Source: Felis catus
Taxonomy: Eukaryota
Length of the DNA: 64,000 bases
Assembly (NCBI RefSeq): GCF_018350175.1
Contig: NC_058368.1
Coordinates: 67,024,001 to 67,088,000 of the forward strand
Direction: 5' to 3'
The position numbers were made by a program, and so were the translations under genes. Positions 13,830-26,887 of this stretch are shown here, one piece after another (positions within the stretch are counted from its first letter, which is position 1; each line of letters begins with the position of its first letter). Under the pieces are notes generated by a model, which searched no databases, had not been told where the DNA came from, and saw only the letters and a list, made by a program, of their open reading frames with translations.

Positions 13830-14050
13830 GGGGTGCCTGGGTGGCGCAGTCGGTTAAGCGTCCGACTTCAGCCAGGTCACGATCTCGCGGTCCGTGAGTT
13901 CGAGCCCCGCGTCGGGCTCTGGGCTGATGGCTCGGAGCCTGGAGCCTGTTTCCGATTCTGTGTCTCCCTCTCTCTCTGCCCCTCCCCCGTTCATGCTCTG
14001 TCTCTCTCTGTCCCAAAAATAAATAAAAAACGTTGAAAAAAAAAAACACT
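13830..14050 (+). mobile_element. Young feline CAN-SINE
   Basis: gtggcgcagtcggttaagcgtccgacttcagccaggtcacg, CpG-intact; 20-bp TSD tttaaaa(t/c)agtccgatggag. Confidence 0.96.
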
Positions 14051-15750
14051 TTTAAAACAGTCCGATGGAGATCCTCAATTTTTTTATCTGGCAAATCCAA
14101 TCTGTCAAAGCTTTGAGGAACAGTGATGCAAGAAGGGACAGAAGAGAGGAACCCTCCTGGCCTCCCATCCCTCACACCCAGCTGCATTCTTGCTCTCATG
14201 GGGGCCTTCCCTCTCTCCCACTCACCCACCAAGAAGGCCCTCCCTCCTTGCTCAGTCCCATCCGTCCAAATTTCTCAGCCCTTTCTCCTCCATGAAACCC
14301 TTGCTGACAAACGCAGCTCCTAGACATGTGCCGGTCACTCGACCTCCTCCATCTTTATCGGACAGGCTCAGGAGACCTGGGTCACCCTCTCAGGAACTCG
14401 CCACAGGCCTGGCCACAGTTAACAGACCCAAGGGGCATGGGGTGACTGAGCCACTGACTAGCTGAGAACCTTGAGGCCAGAGAGAGAAGCAGGAAAGTGG
14501 GACAGACTCCTCACCCAAGCCGAGGGGCCTGGGTACATGCAGGAGCCCCAAGACAAAGGGCCCAGCTCCTGGGAAAGTGGGCCCTGCTTCAGCTCCGTGG
14601 GATGCCTGCTTCCTTGCAATCACACTTTTGAACTTGGGTGGACCCCGTCCCTGTCATCCCAAGCGCCCTGACTAGAACTGTCACCATAGGTCCAATGAGA
14701 GATTTGCTTACTAAAATTAGGGAAATGATAGATTTTGTAAAGTTTAATGTTCAAATTCCTAATTACCCTTTTAGGTAACAAACGCTTTATTTATTGTAAT
14801 CATTTTAGCAGAACCTCTTTCATGTGAGCTACAGATTTTCTGTCTTTGCAAACAAAAGATACAGAGCATAAAATACTCTTTTCTTGACAACCCAGAATGA
14901 ACCTTCTGAACGTCGATGGTTTGACGGTTTCTAAACACGGCGCTGTCTTCTGGGGCTGCTTGAGGTTACCTGAGACACACTCCTGCACCCTCCGCACACC
15001 ATGGTTCTAGATTACAGAGCTTTCAGCCGACACATTTTGCTGCTGTACAGAGCCTGCCTCTGACCTCCACTCTTACTTTTAGCGACGAGGACTTGCGGCG
15101 ACCCCGCAACCGAGCAGGGCCTGAAATAGCACTCAATACGCCCTCAGCAAAGACATAAGCAATTTTCACGGTCTAAGGCACAGTTTTTCTGACACTTTAT
15201 TTGATGAGAGACTATTCCAGCTTGCTTCCAGATTCCCTCTAGAGTCTGGGGATATTCTCAGAATATCTCATAAATCCATTCAGCGGTCTAACTGTTTTTC
15301 AAGTATATTAGTCCTACATTCACAGCTAGGCTATACACCCTCTGTAAACAGAAACCACATTTCACACACGACCTATATAACAAAATGTCAAGTGCCCGGC
15401 AGGTGCCCAAACGGGATTTGCTAATAAAATGCCATAAACCCAGTGACTTTCCAACCTTTTTTCTTTTTTAAAGACGGACTCTTACACAAAAACATAAACA
15501 AATGTATAAAATAAAGGTCAGGAAAGCAGCTCACACTAAAGACAGATGGTGAGACCTGGAACCCACTCAGTGGCCTCTTCCTGCATGTCAATCAAGGGAC
15601 ACAATCAGAGGTGCGTTTTGGTCATGAGGGATCATACTGATGCTCTTGTCTTCTTTGAGCTATGAACACGTCAGCAAACTCACCAGGACGTTGAGAGCGG
15701 ATGAGTCTCTGAGTGGCATCAGATCAGAAACAGCCCAACACTCATCAGAA

Positions 15751-15908
15751 CAATGCTCCCCAAACTTTAATCTGTACACGAATCTCCCACAGACCCGGTC
15801 AAAATGTAGATTCTCAAGAGCTACGGGTGCTGCCTGACATCCTGTGTTTCTAATAGCTCCCGGGTGATGCTGGTGCTGCTGGCCCACGGATCACTCTGAG
15901 TAACAAGG
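15751..15908 (+). mobile_element. MER5A1-like hAT-Charlie MITE
   Basis: caaactttaatctgtacacgaatc..aaaatgtagattct..gctcccgggtgatgctggtgctgctggcccacggatcactctgagtaacaagg resembles the recalled consensus. Confidence 0.8.
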
Positions 15909-15995
15909 AAGAATCTGGAAAGTTCCTTCTGTCTCAAGAACCTGCGTGATAACCTTGTCACCTTTACAAGCGTAATTACTGCCCTTTTAAATTCC

Positions 15996-16222
15996 TTTTT
16001 TAAATGTTCATTTTTTATTCTGAGAGAGAAAGAGAGTGTGTGTGCGCCTGTGATCAGAGGAGGGGCAGAGAGAGGGGAGAAAAGGAGAGAATCCCAAGCA
16101 AGCTCCATGCTGTCAGCGCAGAACCCAACCCGGGGCCTGATCCCACAAACTGAGAGATCACGACCTGAGCCGAAATCAAGAGCCAGACACTTAACTGACA
16201 GAGCTCCCCCCCCAGGCGCCCC
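15996..16222 (-). mobile_element. CAN-SINE
   Basis: Ends in ccaggcgcccc; TSD taaattcc. Confidence 0.92.
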
Positions 16223-16289
16223 TAAATTCCCTTCTTTACCTTCAAGAGCTAAAAACCATTTGTCTCTTTTTCTATTCACACAAATTAAA

Positions 16290-16410
16290 TTAGAACACAG
16301 GCATCCTTACGACAGGGGGTTCTGTTTTATTCACTGCTGTTTCCCCGGGGCCTGACTGATGCCTAGCACATACAAAGCGCTTGAACATATTCTGAATGGA
16401 TACATAAAAC
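16290..16410 (+). mobile_element. L2 3' end
   Basis: tctgttttattcactgctgtttcccc..gcctagcacata..gcgcttgaacatattctgaatgga. Confidence 0.75.
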
Positions 16411-17347
16411 AAGTCCTTCTGCTATAAGTAACAAACGGTTTGTTTTCAAATTTCCGTCTCTTTATTTCAAGTGCTCGATATTTCACACAGTCTTTTTTGG
16501 CAGTGTTTTCCCATCTGGGGAAATTTATGTTGCAACATGAAGTGTCTGCTTTGTCATACTTGTCACTTTCCTTGTGCCGCTGTTGAACCAATTTGTCTGT
16601 GCTCCTTCAAAGGGTGTCTGAAATTTCCACTTGCAGAACGAGTTTTGGGTACAGCAAATTACAGAAGCCAACGCTGACACCAGGAAAGCACTAGAAAGTG
16701 AAGGAACCCAGTGTCTCAGAGGTGGAAGAGGGGAAGGGGACGCAGTCCACAGGGGTGGGTGGGGGGCAGCTGACAGAGAAGAAAGAGGGATGGCTGTGGA
16801 GCAGACGAACGTCACGTGAGGCCGAGGAAGCAGGTGGCGGAGAGCAAGTAGGAAGGGCGGAAGGAACATGCACACAGCAGAGGGGACACAAGGCACAGGT
16901 ACGGGAAGGCCCCAAGGAAAAAGTGCTGGCCTGTCCATGGCCTCAGCTTATGGAATTTCTATAAAGCCAGGAATTTCCCCTAAGAGCTCAAAGGTAAAAT
17001 CACACAAGAGACAGCATTTAATGTGAATGGCAGCCTTCAAAAGGTGCATCCTTAACTCACAGCATCTTCTTAAGGCACTGAATGTGGCACCCAAGAGGTG
17101 CCTGAGAGGGTGACTTTAACCCCACACCGAGGGAGAAGCCTACTGTTCCCTATGGATAGCCCCTCAGAGGGCCCTTCGTCCTCGTCACAGCAAATACTGG
17201 ATAAACGCACCTCTAGTTGCTGGCTTTCCTCTGCCCTCCCTGACTACTTGCTTTCATGCCAGGAAAAGATGAACTGAGGTCCTGGGAGCAGGTCCAAGGC
17301 GTGTCTCCTGCTCGCTCTAGTGGCAGCAGTTGAAAGAGTCAGGGAAA

Positions 17348-17546
17348 GGGGCACTGGGTGACTCAGTCAAACATCTGACTCTTGGTTTCAGCTCAGGTCA
17401 AGATCTCATGGTTTGTGAGATCAAGTCCAGCACTGGGCTCTGTGCTGACAGCGTGGAACCTGTTTGGGATTCTCTCTCTCCCTCTCTCTGCCCCTCCTCA
17501 GCTCTCTGTCTCTCTCTCAAAATAAATAAATATTAAAAAAAAAAAA
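17348..17546 (+). mobile_element. CAN-SINE
   Basis: Head, (CT)n, A-tail; imperfect TSD aaaga..agggaaa. Confidence 0.92.
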
Positions 17547-17729
17547 AAAGACTAGGGAAAAGCCACAGGTATATAAACCCAAGGGATACACCAGTCTGCC
17601 CGGTATTTGCCGGTCACCTAATGTTCTGGGATTTTTAAATCTCCTGGGAGTTGAGACAGAATCAGGACTGCAGTAAATCAACTAGGGATCTCAAGTTCTC
17701 CTCTAGTGACATAAAAACATGCCTTTCTA

Positions 17730-17862
17730 CTTAGGTCATGACCTCACGGTTCTTGAGTTTTAGCCCTGCTTCTGTTGCCCTGCTGTCAGCACAGAGCCTG
17801 CTTCAGTTCCCCGATTCATGCATGCTCTCTCTCTCAAAAACAAACCTATTTTTTTTTAAAGT
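17730..17862 (+). mobile_element. 5'-truncated CAN-SINE
   Basis: Starts at aggtcatgacctcacgg; TSD ataaaaa(ca/tg)tgcctttcta. Confidence 0.85.
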
Positions 17863-19059
17863 ATAAAAATGTGCCTTTCTAGAATAACCACGCTGCATTG
17901 CCAAAGTCCAGTGGTCACCTGCCTTGTCATATAATTAAGACATTAAAAATAGTTAAAATTAGTTGAAATTAAAAATTTCAAGGTTTCATTACATAACTTG
18001 ACAGACTGGGGGGAATGAGTTTCAAAAGGATGGGTGTGTTCTTTCTTTGCCTAATGGGATCGTTCTCATCTCTTTTCCCTGGAAGACAGCAGGTGGACTG
18101 TCCAAACAAGATGACTTATAAAATCCCAATGTCTTCGAGACCAAGGGCAGTATCACCATCTGTTTTCTATACACACCTTCAAGTCTGCCTCCAGGTCACC
18201 ACATTCTTACTCTGTACCCTACCCACTGGTAGCCAACCAAGGAAAATATCTTTAGCCCCTACTCACTGCTTGCCATTTAGGTTTAAAACCTGTTTGGTGT
18301 CTCTCGGGGCATTTTATAATCTAACTTGGAAGCAGGTTAACAGGACACACAGACATGAGTGTGGTGTCTGCAGTGACCAAGAACGCCGTGAGCACACACC
18401 CAGAGAGCAGGGAGCATGCAGAAGGCAGCAGCACAGGGTGTCACCAGGTGATGTGAGTTACAGGGTCAGCCTGACAAGTTTTCATGGTGGAGTCACCGCC
18501 CGACAACATGGAAGGAGGGCAGAGAAGGGGTTGATGGAGAATGGAGTTCGTCCAGGTAGGGGGAATGACATGTGTGAGGACTAAGAGGTGGGACAGGCAA
18601 AAGGAAGACAAATATTTGCCTAGTTGATAGGAAGAGCATGACCTAAGGTGGAGCGGAGATAGGAGAGCGCCTGGGTGCCAGGAGTGGGGAAATCCAGATG
18701 TTGGGGAAACTGCCGTGAAAATTCCCTGTGGTCAGAAAGAGATCTAAATGCTCTCTTTCATCAGGGCCTCTTCAAAGCCACGACTGTAAGGAAGAAGTGC
18801 TGACACAGGGAAGAAGTGGAGTCAGGATGGAGGGACGTCTTTCATATCCAGCCCAGGCTGGGAAAATGTCTGATGAGTGCTACAGAAGATGTCCCGGGAC
18901 CGATTCTGTTCCAGGCTCTTTATGCACAGACAACCCCCCACACTGACTCATCCCAGAGCCTTGTGCTACACATCAGAGATGTAGTCAGGATTTCCTCCTG
19001 TGGTTGTTTTGGTTCATCTGTGCTTAGTTTCTAGAATGCCACCACCCACTACCACCACC

Positions 19060-19220
19060 TGGGCACCAAGTAAGTGCTGGGAACTGTGAAGCACGCCATA
19101 CACATCATCTCAAAACCATATGTAAGATACAGTCCCTATTTTACAGATGAGACAGAAAGAAATTAACTCAAGGACACTCAGCTGTAAGGGAGGCAAGCCA
19201 GGACTCGTGCCCAGGGTGAC
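19060..19220 (-). mobile_element. MIR fragment
   Basis: ccctattttacagatgag..aaattaactcaaggacactcagctgtaag core. Confidence 0.7.
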
Positions 19221-21099
19221 AGAGATCCAGACAGTTCAAGGCAACATATCAATGACACGGAGTTACTTTACTGGACACGTTCGAAAGCTCTACTAAGCAT
19301 CTACTGATAAGGATGAACCCATAAAGTTACAGGCAGGGCCAGTATAAAGTGTGATGACCAAACCAGGCTCATCCTGACTGGCTAACGCCTGCTCTACTAC
19401 ATGCGAAACACTTTGAATATCAGTCCCGATTAAAAGAGTTCCAGGAATTCTCTCTTGGCTAACCATAATTAAAGTAAATCATTTAAAATAACTCCACCTC
19501 AAAATTAAATTACATAAGTTACTGTAAGCTGGACGAAAAGACTAACAAGGGAGCAAATGAACGAGAAAATGGAATGAGGACACCGAGTCTAATAAAACAC
19601 AGGACTGATCAGGAAAGTCCAGGGGTTTGAGATCCACCCCGTCCCAAACCTTAACCGGTTGTGTGGCCCTGGGGCAAGTCAAACTGCCTACTGAGATTTA
19701 TGTGGAGAAATATGGTTAGGAAATTAACCTTGAAGGCGTGATATACCTCACAAACTGCCCCGGGAAACAATTTTGTTGCAGTATCCAGAAATGCTTTGCA
19801 CGGTAAGTAATCATTATTTTACACATCTTAAGTATTGAGAAGCAAAACGTTGGAAAATAGATCAGGCGAACTCCTTCACCCCAGACCTCACACATACATC
19901 ACGCAGAAGTGTGACCTCACAGCCCACATATGGTCAGCGATGTACAGACCACTGGACAGCAACAGGTAGAAAAATCTCTCAGGGAACCTGAAACACCATG
20001 GGTCTGATGAAAGCTATGAAGCCCTTTCCACTGGAAAATGCCCACTCAAAAGATCTGCGTGATTTCAGAAGACTGCTAAAGCATGAACTATAGGAAGTGA
20101 AAGGGCCATGAAGTGGGTCAGTCAGGAACCTCTGATTCTAAGAAAACAGGAAACCACCAATCACTTGACTTCTCCTGCCATAGGAACGCACGACTCTGTC
20201 TCCAGGAAGGATTTTTTCCTGGCCCAGGGTACCCTGTCGTTCAAGGCCGGGTGCATAGTGTCTACTTACTGTCTCCAGAGGCATGAGCAAGGGGGGGGGG
20301 GGGTGGTAAAAACATGGAGCAGTCTCACCCCTGGGATGTGTTTCCACAGAGGTGGTGATAGCAATACCTGTTCATGAAGCATTCACCTTGGCAAAGAAGC
20401 CCCTCTTCCACAAAGGCAAGTGTGAGATCCAAGAGCTGAGAAAACCCTGACTGGAAATTACCCTTCAACATGCAAAATCAACTCTTCCCATCTCCAGCAC
20501 ACATACCAGTTATACGTAATGCTCAAAAATAGGACAGCAAAACGTCTGGTGTGAGAACGTGACTAAACTTGAAGACAATGGGCCCTCCCACTCCCCACCC
20601 TATGTAAAGTAACTGAAGGTGTGCTGGAGACAGATCAACCAACACCCAAGTCTCCTCTGCGGCACATCATTTTAATATCCGGGAACCACCAACAGGTGTT
20701 ACACAAAACTGGCTGGGCTGTGTTGAAGGTAAATGGACCTTTGTCTTAAAAAAAAAAAAAAAAGAAAGAAAAGAAAAAGAAAAAAATTAAGAAGGAAAGG
20801 GAGGAGAGGGAGGGGAGGGAAGGAAAAAAGGAGGGAAACCATTAAAAAAAGGGAAAGGAATCATTTTCAGCTACTTTATTACATCTTTTAACAATTCAGA
20901 AAAAGTTGTCAGAGCTGGAAATAAGGCTCTAAGTGTTATAATTCTACTGTCTTGCCAGTTACAAAAAGCTTAGGGTACATGCTACCTCTCAGCCGCACAA
21001 CTGTCTTTTTTGCACGTGGAACTGAGACCTATCCAAGTACCTTCCCCCTTCCTATCCACCTTCTGTCCTGTTCAGAAGGACACTGGTATAAACCAGTCA

Positions 21100-21250
21100 T
21101 CCATCCGGTCCCTAAAACCAATAACCAGTTACCCCCAATCCTCATTCTTCTGGACTTTTCTGTAGCATCTCACTCTCTAATAACCCTCTCTTTGAAATAC
21201 GCATGTACGCTGGGGTGGAATTATTTTCCCCTGTAATATCCATCTCTTTA
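21100..21250 (+). mobile_element. L2 ORF2 fossil
   Basis: Translates LILLDFSVASH, resembling the L2/CR1 RT motif LILLDLSAAFD. Confidence 0.55.
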
Positions 21251-24200
21251 CATTCCCGCTACCCTGCTCATTCCCCAAATACAACCACCACCCTTGTATT
21301 TTGAGGTTCTCACCTCTCCAAACTCCATTTCCCCACAATGGTCACTTCATCCCCTCTCTTGCCGTCAGCTCCTCCCCAAGGACAGACACGCCCAAACCAG
21401 AACCTGCCACTGCTGTCTTTTCTCTCTCCCTCCCCTCTTCACTGGCAATCATCCGGCTGGAGGTCTTCTCCCCTGGACATCTCATGCGTGTCCGTGGGAC
21501 GAACATTGTAACTGTGAACTGAGGAAGTCAATACACCTGCTTAACATGTCTAACATAGGCCAGTAAGAAACTCATAAAGAATGTTAACATAAAAGAAAAG
21601 CTTTTCAGACTACACTATAAAGTCTGGGCTTCCCAAAACACTTTGATATATTAAGAGAAAAATTAAAACCCAGACTCTACTTGGATTTTTGATACTGACG
21701 GACATTCCATGGGCTTTGAGAGCAGCCCCAGGAGTTGGCCTGTCAGCAACAAGGGGCAGAAAGGACGGAGCTGACTTCCACAGCACCGTGTGTGTTTTTA
21801 CATCAAATAACTTAATCAGAACACAAACTGTTCTTAGATTTCTGCAGAGGTGTAATTAAATAACAATTCAATGCCAATTAATCACAGTCAAATAAGAGTC
21901 TGTCAGAGAAGAACTCTATACACACTAGAGGCTATTTAATGGTCAAATACTTGGCAGGAGCTTAGTTAAACAATGATTCATTAAACCCCCTCTGCCACAC
22001 AATGGCCAGGCTGAATCAGAAGTGAAAGAATCGAAACTCTTTTGTTCTCCCATAAAAAGACATCAACCCTCTGTGCGTGATATTCTTTCCTTCCTCACTT
22101 AGCACGCTGCTCAAGTGCATGATTCAGACTGTGCACGGCCGCTCCCAGGCACACGGGCGCGTGAGCCCTGGGGTCCCAGCACGCTAGCTAGGCAACTCTT
22201 TTCTTCCCAAGGGAAAAAGGAGAGAGCTGGACATTTGACCACCCCTCTGGGAAGCAGAGAAGCAGGGAAAAGAACAGCAGACTCAGAACCTACCTTCCAG
22301 CCCCAAGGAAAGGCCAGCATTGGCCATTTCGCTAGCGGCAGACGACTGCCCGCAATAAAAACCCTCAATCCACACAATTTGTCTGGCCAGCAAAAACGCG
22401 GTCAACATTTTTGGTTTCCTGCACCACCTACCTTATCAACTCGGTTCCTTTAAATTAAACATCCCTTTATAACACAACTGCCCGTGAAAACCGAGGTCCG
22501 TTTTAAGTTTGGTTGATAATTCCCAAAGACTTCTCATCACGTTTTCTCAGTGGGACTCTATTACCTTCCTGCAAGTTCATTTCTTCCTAAGGAGACTATC
22601 AAGAAAAACGACATAGCTCTGTAGGCTGGTTTTTGCCTACACTAGCATTACAAGTGCTTCCGTAGTCTCACTAATGCTGCTGTTTTTAAAATGCATGATT
22701 TTTGCCCTTCATTGTTGATTCAGATCTGAATTAGAGATCGCCGAGTTGGCTGAAAATGGGCTTTATGGTGTTATATTGCAGATACTGTCGATGACTCTAT
22801 TTGTCTGTCTTCAGAGAGGAGTTTCCTAGACTGGCTTTGTTAAATGCTGGGTCATCACTCGTTTTACCAAGCATTTGAAAGTAAGATTTAAGGAATTAAA
22901 ACATTAACTACATTTCTCTTTAAGAACAGAATACATACTACATCTTACTTTCCAAAGTAATGTTTCACAAAATAAAATTTTTTTGAAGATCTATATCCTC
23001 TTCTCCCCACCCCCGCTGTTGCATTTATTATAATGAATCAAAGCTAAATATACATGACATGGTTTTCATGAAAAAGTTAAGCAACATCATGGAAAACTTA
23101 TTAGCAAAATGTATTTCAACTTTGCTCATAAACTGGGCAATAGGAAATAAAGATCCACTTTTACAGGGTCTTGTTGGATATAAAATATTAAATTCATACG
23201 CAGACTGTAACAGTGAATGCAGGATACGCTATATAGTGCTTCAGTAAATACATAAACTATAAATCAAAATATGCAGTCTTAACACAGTAGCAAAAAAATA
23301 AAGCACTAAAAAACTGACTTTAATTATGAAAATCAAACCTATTTTTGTGATCCCTCTGACGTGAAACGCAAAATTTGTTCTATGCTGCTCAGATATAGCA
23401 CACAATGATAAAGAGTCCCGCGTGTGTCTACTTCTCAGCTCAGCTGTGACACAGAATGATTTGCGGGGTGAGGGGGGAGGCACACTGCATCTGTACGTAA
23501 ACGTACCATGGCAAAACAAATTTTCCTGCAAATATAAGCAGTTTTACAGTCTATCAAAGTGGTGCCAAAAAGTAGATTTATTCACATTAAGTGCTGACGG
23601 GAATGAAACATTTCAGCAGTAAATAAAGTACATTGTAACCCAATCGTCAAATCAATGAAGTCATTAAAAATAGACTATTCTTCAAGGAAATGGTAAGTTT
23701 AAGGGGGGAAAAAAAACCCTTTGGTCGCAACAGAGGATGTATCTGCAACACGGCTGACAGTCACTGATCTGGACCCTCTCTCTTCTCGTCTACCTACAAA
23801 GGAACGTCTTTGAGTTCCTTATCTTTCTTCGTGTGTATTTAGGCATGTAAACTGCGACATGGCATTTCCAGCTTCCCCACAGGCATCCTATAAATACAAA
23901 TAAGAAAATATGACCTGTTTTTTTCCTCCTTCTTCTTCTAGGCCCCAAACTGACAGAATATTATCACTTTTGTAGACTCTTGCAAATCGGCACAGTAGCG
24001 TTGGGCAGAAATGTGCTGAGATTATAATATCCATTTATCTAAACTGCCAGCATGTAACAAAATTCAGGTAGGGTGCTTGCCACCTAAATTAATTTACTAC
24101 TTGAAAAAGACTTCTTATGCCAGGCCTGTCAAAAGGAAAACAGGAAAGGAGTTAAGAAACTGTAAATAAATCTAAACACGGTTCGCGTTTGATCTAATTT

Positions 24201-24472
24201 TCAAGTGTAGGATTAAAAAGGAGGAAGCGTGCCAAGAAAAGGCAACAGGAGGAGACTAGTAACAAAGAAGCCTGCACTCTGAGCACAGAAGCCGCACGAG
24301 GGACCCGCATGGCCAGCCTGCTTTCGGGAATGTGCTACCCAACTGTTCCAGGGGACCTGGCACTTGCTACACTGGTGCCCAAAGCCACCTCCTATGATTT
24401 ACTCAAGAAGATAAATGGTCTGACCACCTCACACCCATTGGGATGGCTACTAAACAACAAAACAAACAAAAC

Positions 24473-24529
<57 letters not shown>

Positions 24530-25187
24530 AAAAAGATAAAACAACAAATGCTGGTGAGGATGTGGAAAAACTGGAGCCCTTGCACTGCTGGGTGGGAATG
24601 TGAAATGATGCAGCCGCTGTGGAAAACACTATGGTAGCTCCTAAAGAAACTGAACAGAAGTACCATATGATCCAGTAATTCCACTTCTGGAGATACACCC
24701 AAAAGGACCGAAAACAAGGTCTTAAAGAAATACTTGTACGCTCATGTTCATAGCAGCATTATTCACGATCGCCAGAGACAGAAGCAGTTCCTAGTGGTCA
24801 TCAATGGATGAATAAGCACACAATGCGGCACACACACATACACGGATGTACACAGGAATGTTATTCAGCCTACAGAAAGGACATTCTGACACATGCTGCA
24901 ACATAGATGAACCTTGAGGATATTATGCTACATGAAATAAACCAGTCACAAAAGAAGGTATGCTATATGATTCTACTCATATGTGGTATCTAGAATAATC
25001 ACATTAACAGACAGAACGGTGGTTGTCACAGGCAAGGGAGTGCGCGTGGGGAGTTACTCTTTAATGGGGACAGAGTTTCAGTTAGGAAAGATGAAAAAAT
25101 TTTGGAGATGGATGGTGGTGACACAGTACAACAATATGAATGCACTTAATGTCACTGAATGTGCACTTTAAAATCGTTAAGATGGTT

Positions 25188-25409
25188 GGGGCACCTGGGT
25201 AGCTCAGTCGGTTGAGCCTCTGGCTTCCGCTCCGGTCATGATCTCACAGTTCATCAGCTCAAGCCCCGCACCGGGCTGGCTGCTGTCAGCGTGGAGCCCA
25301 CTTCAGATCCTCTGTCCCCCTCTGTCTCTGCCCCTCCCCAACTCGCATGTGCGTTTTCTCTCAAAAGTAAAAAAAAATATACGTATTAAAAAATATACAG
25401 ACTAAAAAC
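25188..25409 (+). mobile_element. CAN-SINE inserted in L1
   Basis: TSD aaaat(c/g)gttaagatggt at ~25170 and ~25667. Confidence 0.92.
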
Positions 25410-25420
25410 TGGCTGGCCAA

Positions 25421-25647
25421 TTTTTTTTTTTTAATTTTTTTTTCAATGTTTTATTTATTTTTGGGACAGAGAGAGACAGAGCATGAATGGGGCAGGGGCA
25501 GAGAGAGAGGGAGACACAGAATCGGAAACAGGCTCCAGGCTCTGAGCCGTCAGCCCAGAGCCCGACGCGGGGCTCGAACCCACAGACCGCGAGATCGTGA
25601 CCTGGCTGAAGTCGGACGCTTAACCGACTGCGCCACCCAGGCGCCCC
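25421..25647 (-). mobile_element. Young feline CAN-SINE nested in the tail of the previous SINE
   Basis: TSD tggctggccaatt; CpG-intact body. Confidence 0.96.
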
Positions 25648-26887
25648 TGGCTGGCCAATTTTTTAAAAAATGGTTAAGATGGTCGATTTTATGCATATTT
25701 TACAATTTTTTTTAATTAAAAAAAAAAAGGATTCAAACTGGAGGGCTATCCTTCCCACAGAATCCATTCTCTCTGTCACACTCATCTACTCCTGGTGACC
25801 TTGGTAGAATGGTTATGCACACTTAGCACCAGTGTACCAGGGCCAAAGAGGAGACACCTGTGGTGGCAGCCACTTCCGTCAAGACCCTGGTGAGGAAACG
25901 AGAGACATATGCAGAAGCCTCCTGGTCCCACCCAGACCCCAACACGGGAGAACCTGCTCTCCGCAGTGGGAGGAGAGCAGGGTGAAGTTGCACAGGGTGG
26001 ACATGAGCAAAGGGAGAGGCTGCCTGCTGGTGGCAGAGTGGTGCCCAACAGTCACGAATGCCACCCACCTCAGGATGAAGGAGAGGAGAGAGCGTAGAGT
26101 GTGTTAATGTTTTAGTCCACAAAGCACCAGCTGACCTTTAGAAAACACTACAGCATTTACCTTTCTCAAAAAGTATGTTACACAAATAAATATTCTTGGT
26201 GCCCCCATCTTGTCCATTCCCAACACCATGAGAAAACATCCAAGATGCAAAAAGTCAAATATAAATAAAGTTCAGCCCCACTGGATGACGTGGCTAAATC
26301 AGCACAAGTAGGAGTCCCTCAAAACCTGCCATTCTCTACAATTTCCAGTCAAGGACAGCCCCCTCAGAACCCTAAACAGGACCCAGGTTGGTCAACAACA
26401 CCCAAAGGCAGTATTAAGAGCCTCTGAGAAGCGCTAATAGCCTTTGCCTTTTGTGAGCTTATATAACCTAAGAACAGGAAGCTAAGGGGAAACACCAAAA
26501 TAAAACAAAAGTGGGTCTGAATGAAAGACAAGGGTGAACTGTGTGTATTCTCTGCACTTCCGGGGCACGTGTCTTTTGGAATGAAAAGCAAAGACGAATA
26601 CATCACTGGATCCAGAAAGGTGGTGATGGGCTAATCCTGAGTTTAAAGAAGAAAAATACCACAAAACGTTCCAGGGAAGAGTAACCACAAACACATATTG
26701 AGGGAAGTGTGATCCTGAGAATCATTTAAATGATGGAAAAGAGCCTCGAAGCTTAGTGGGCCAGAAGAGGGGAAAGGACCCTCCAAGCACAGGCAGGGGC
26801 TGGAGAGGGGAGGAAGCAGCACCAAATGCCAAAGGGACCGCCATGCAAGGATTGCTCCCGGGATGCTTGGGCCTCTCTTTCAGAATA

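Larger units (their letters stand above)
24420..25728 (+). mobile_element. L1 (L1M-type) ORF2 end plus 3' UTR, with an internal (CA)n (~24479-24527) and two nested SINEs
   Basis: GWECEMMQPLWKTLW resembles the L1 ORF2 C-terminus; 3' UTR resumes at ~25685 and ends in an A-tail. Confidence 0.9.

Noticed and set aside
13576..14232. Longest ORF (218 aa, - strand) and similar 'QRETEHERGRGRE' or 'MAQSV..' ORFs
   Set aside because: Read-through of CAN-SINE sequence; the same peptide recurs at other SINEs.
18015..18584. 189-aa ORF on + strand
   Set aside because: No recognisable homology or exon structure; likely chance.
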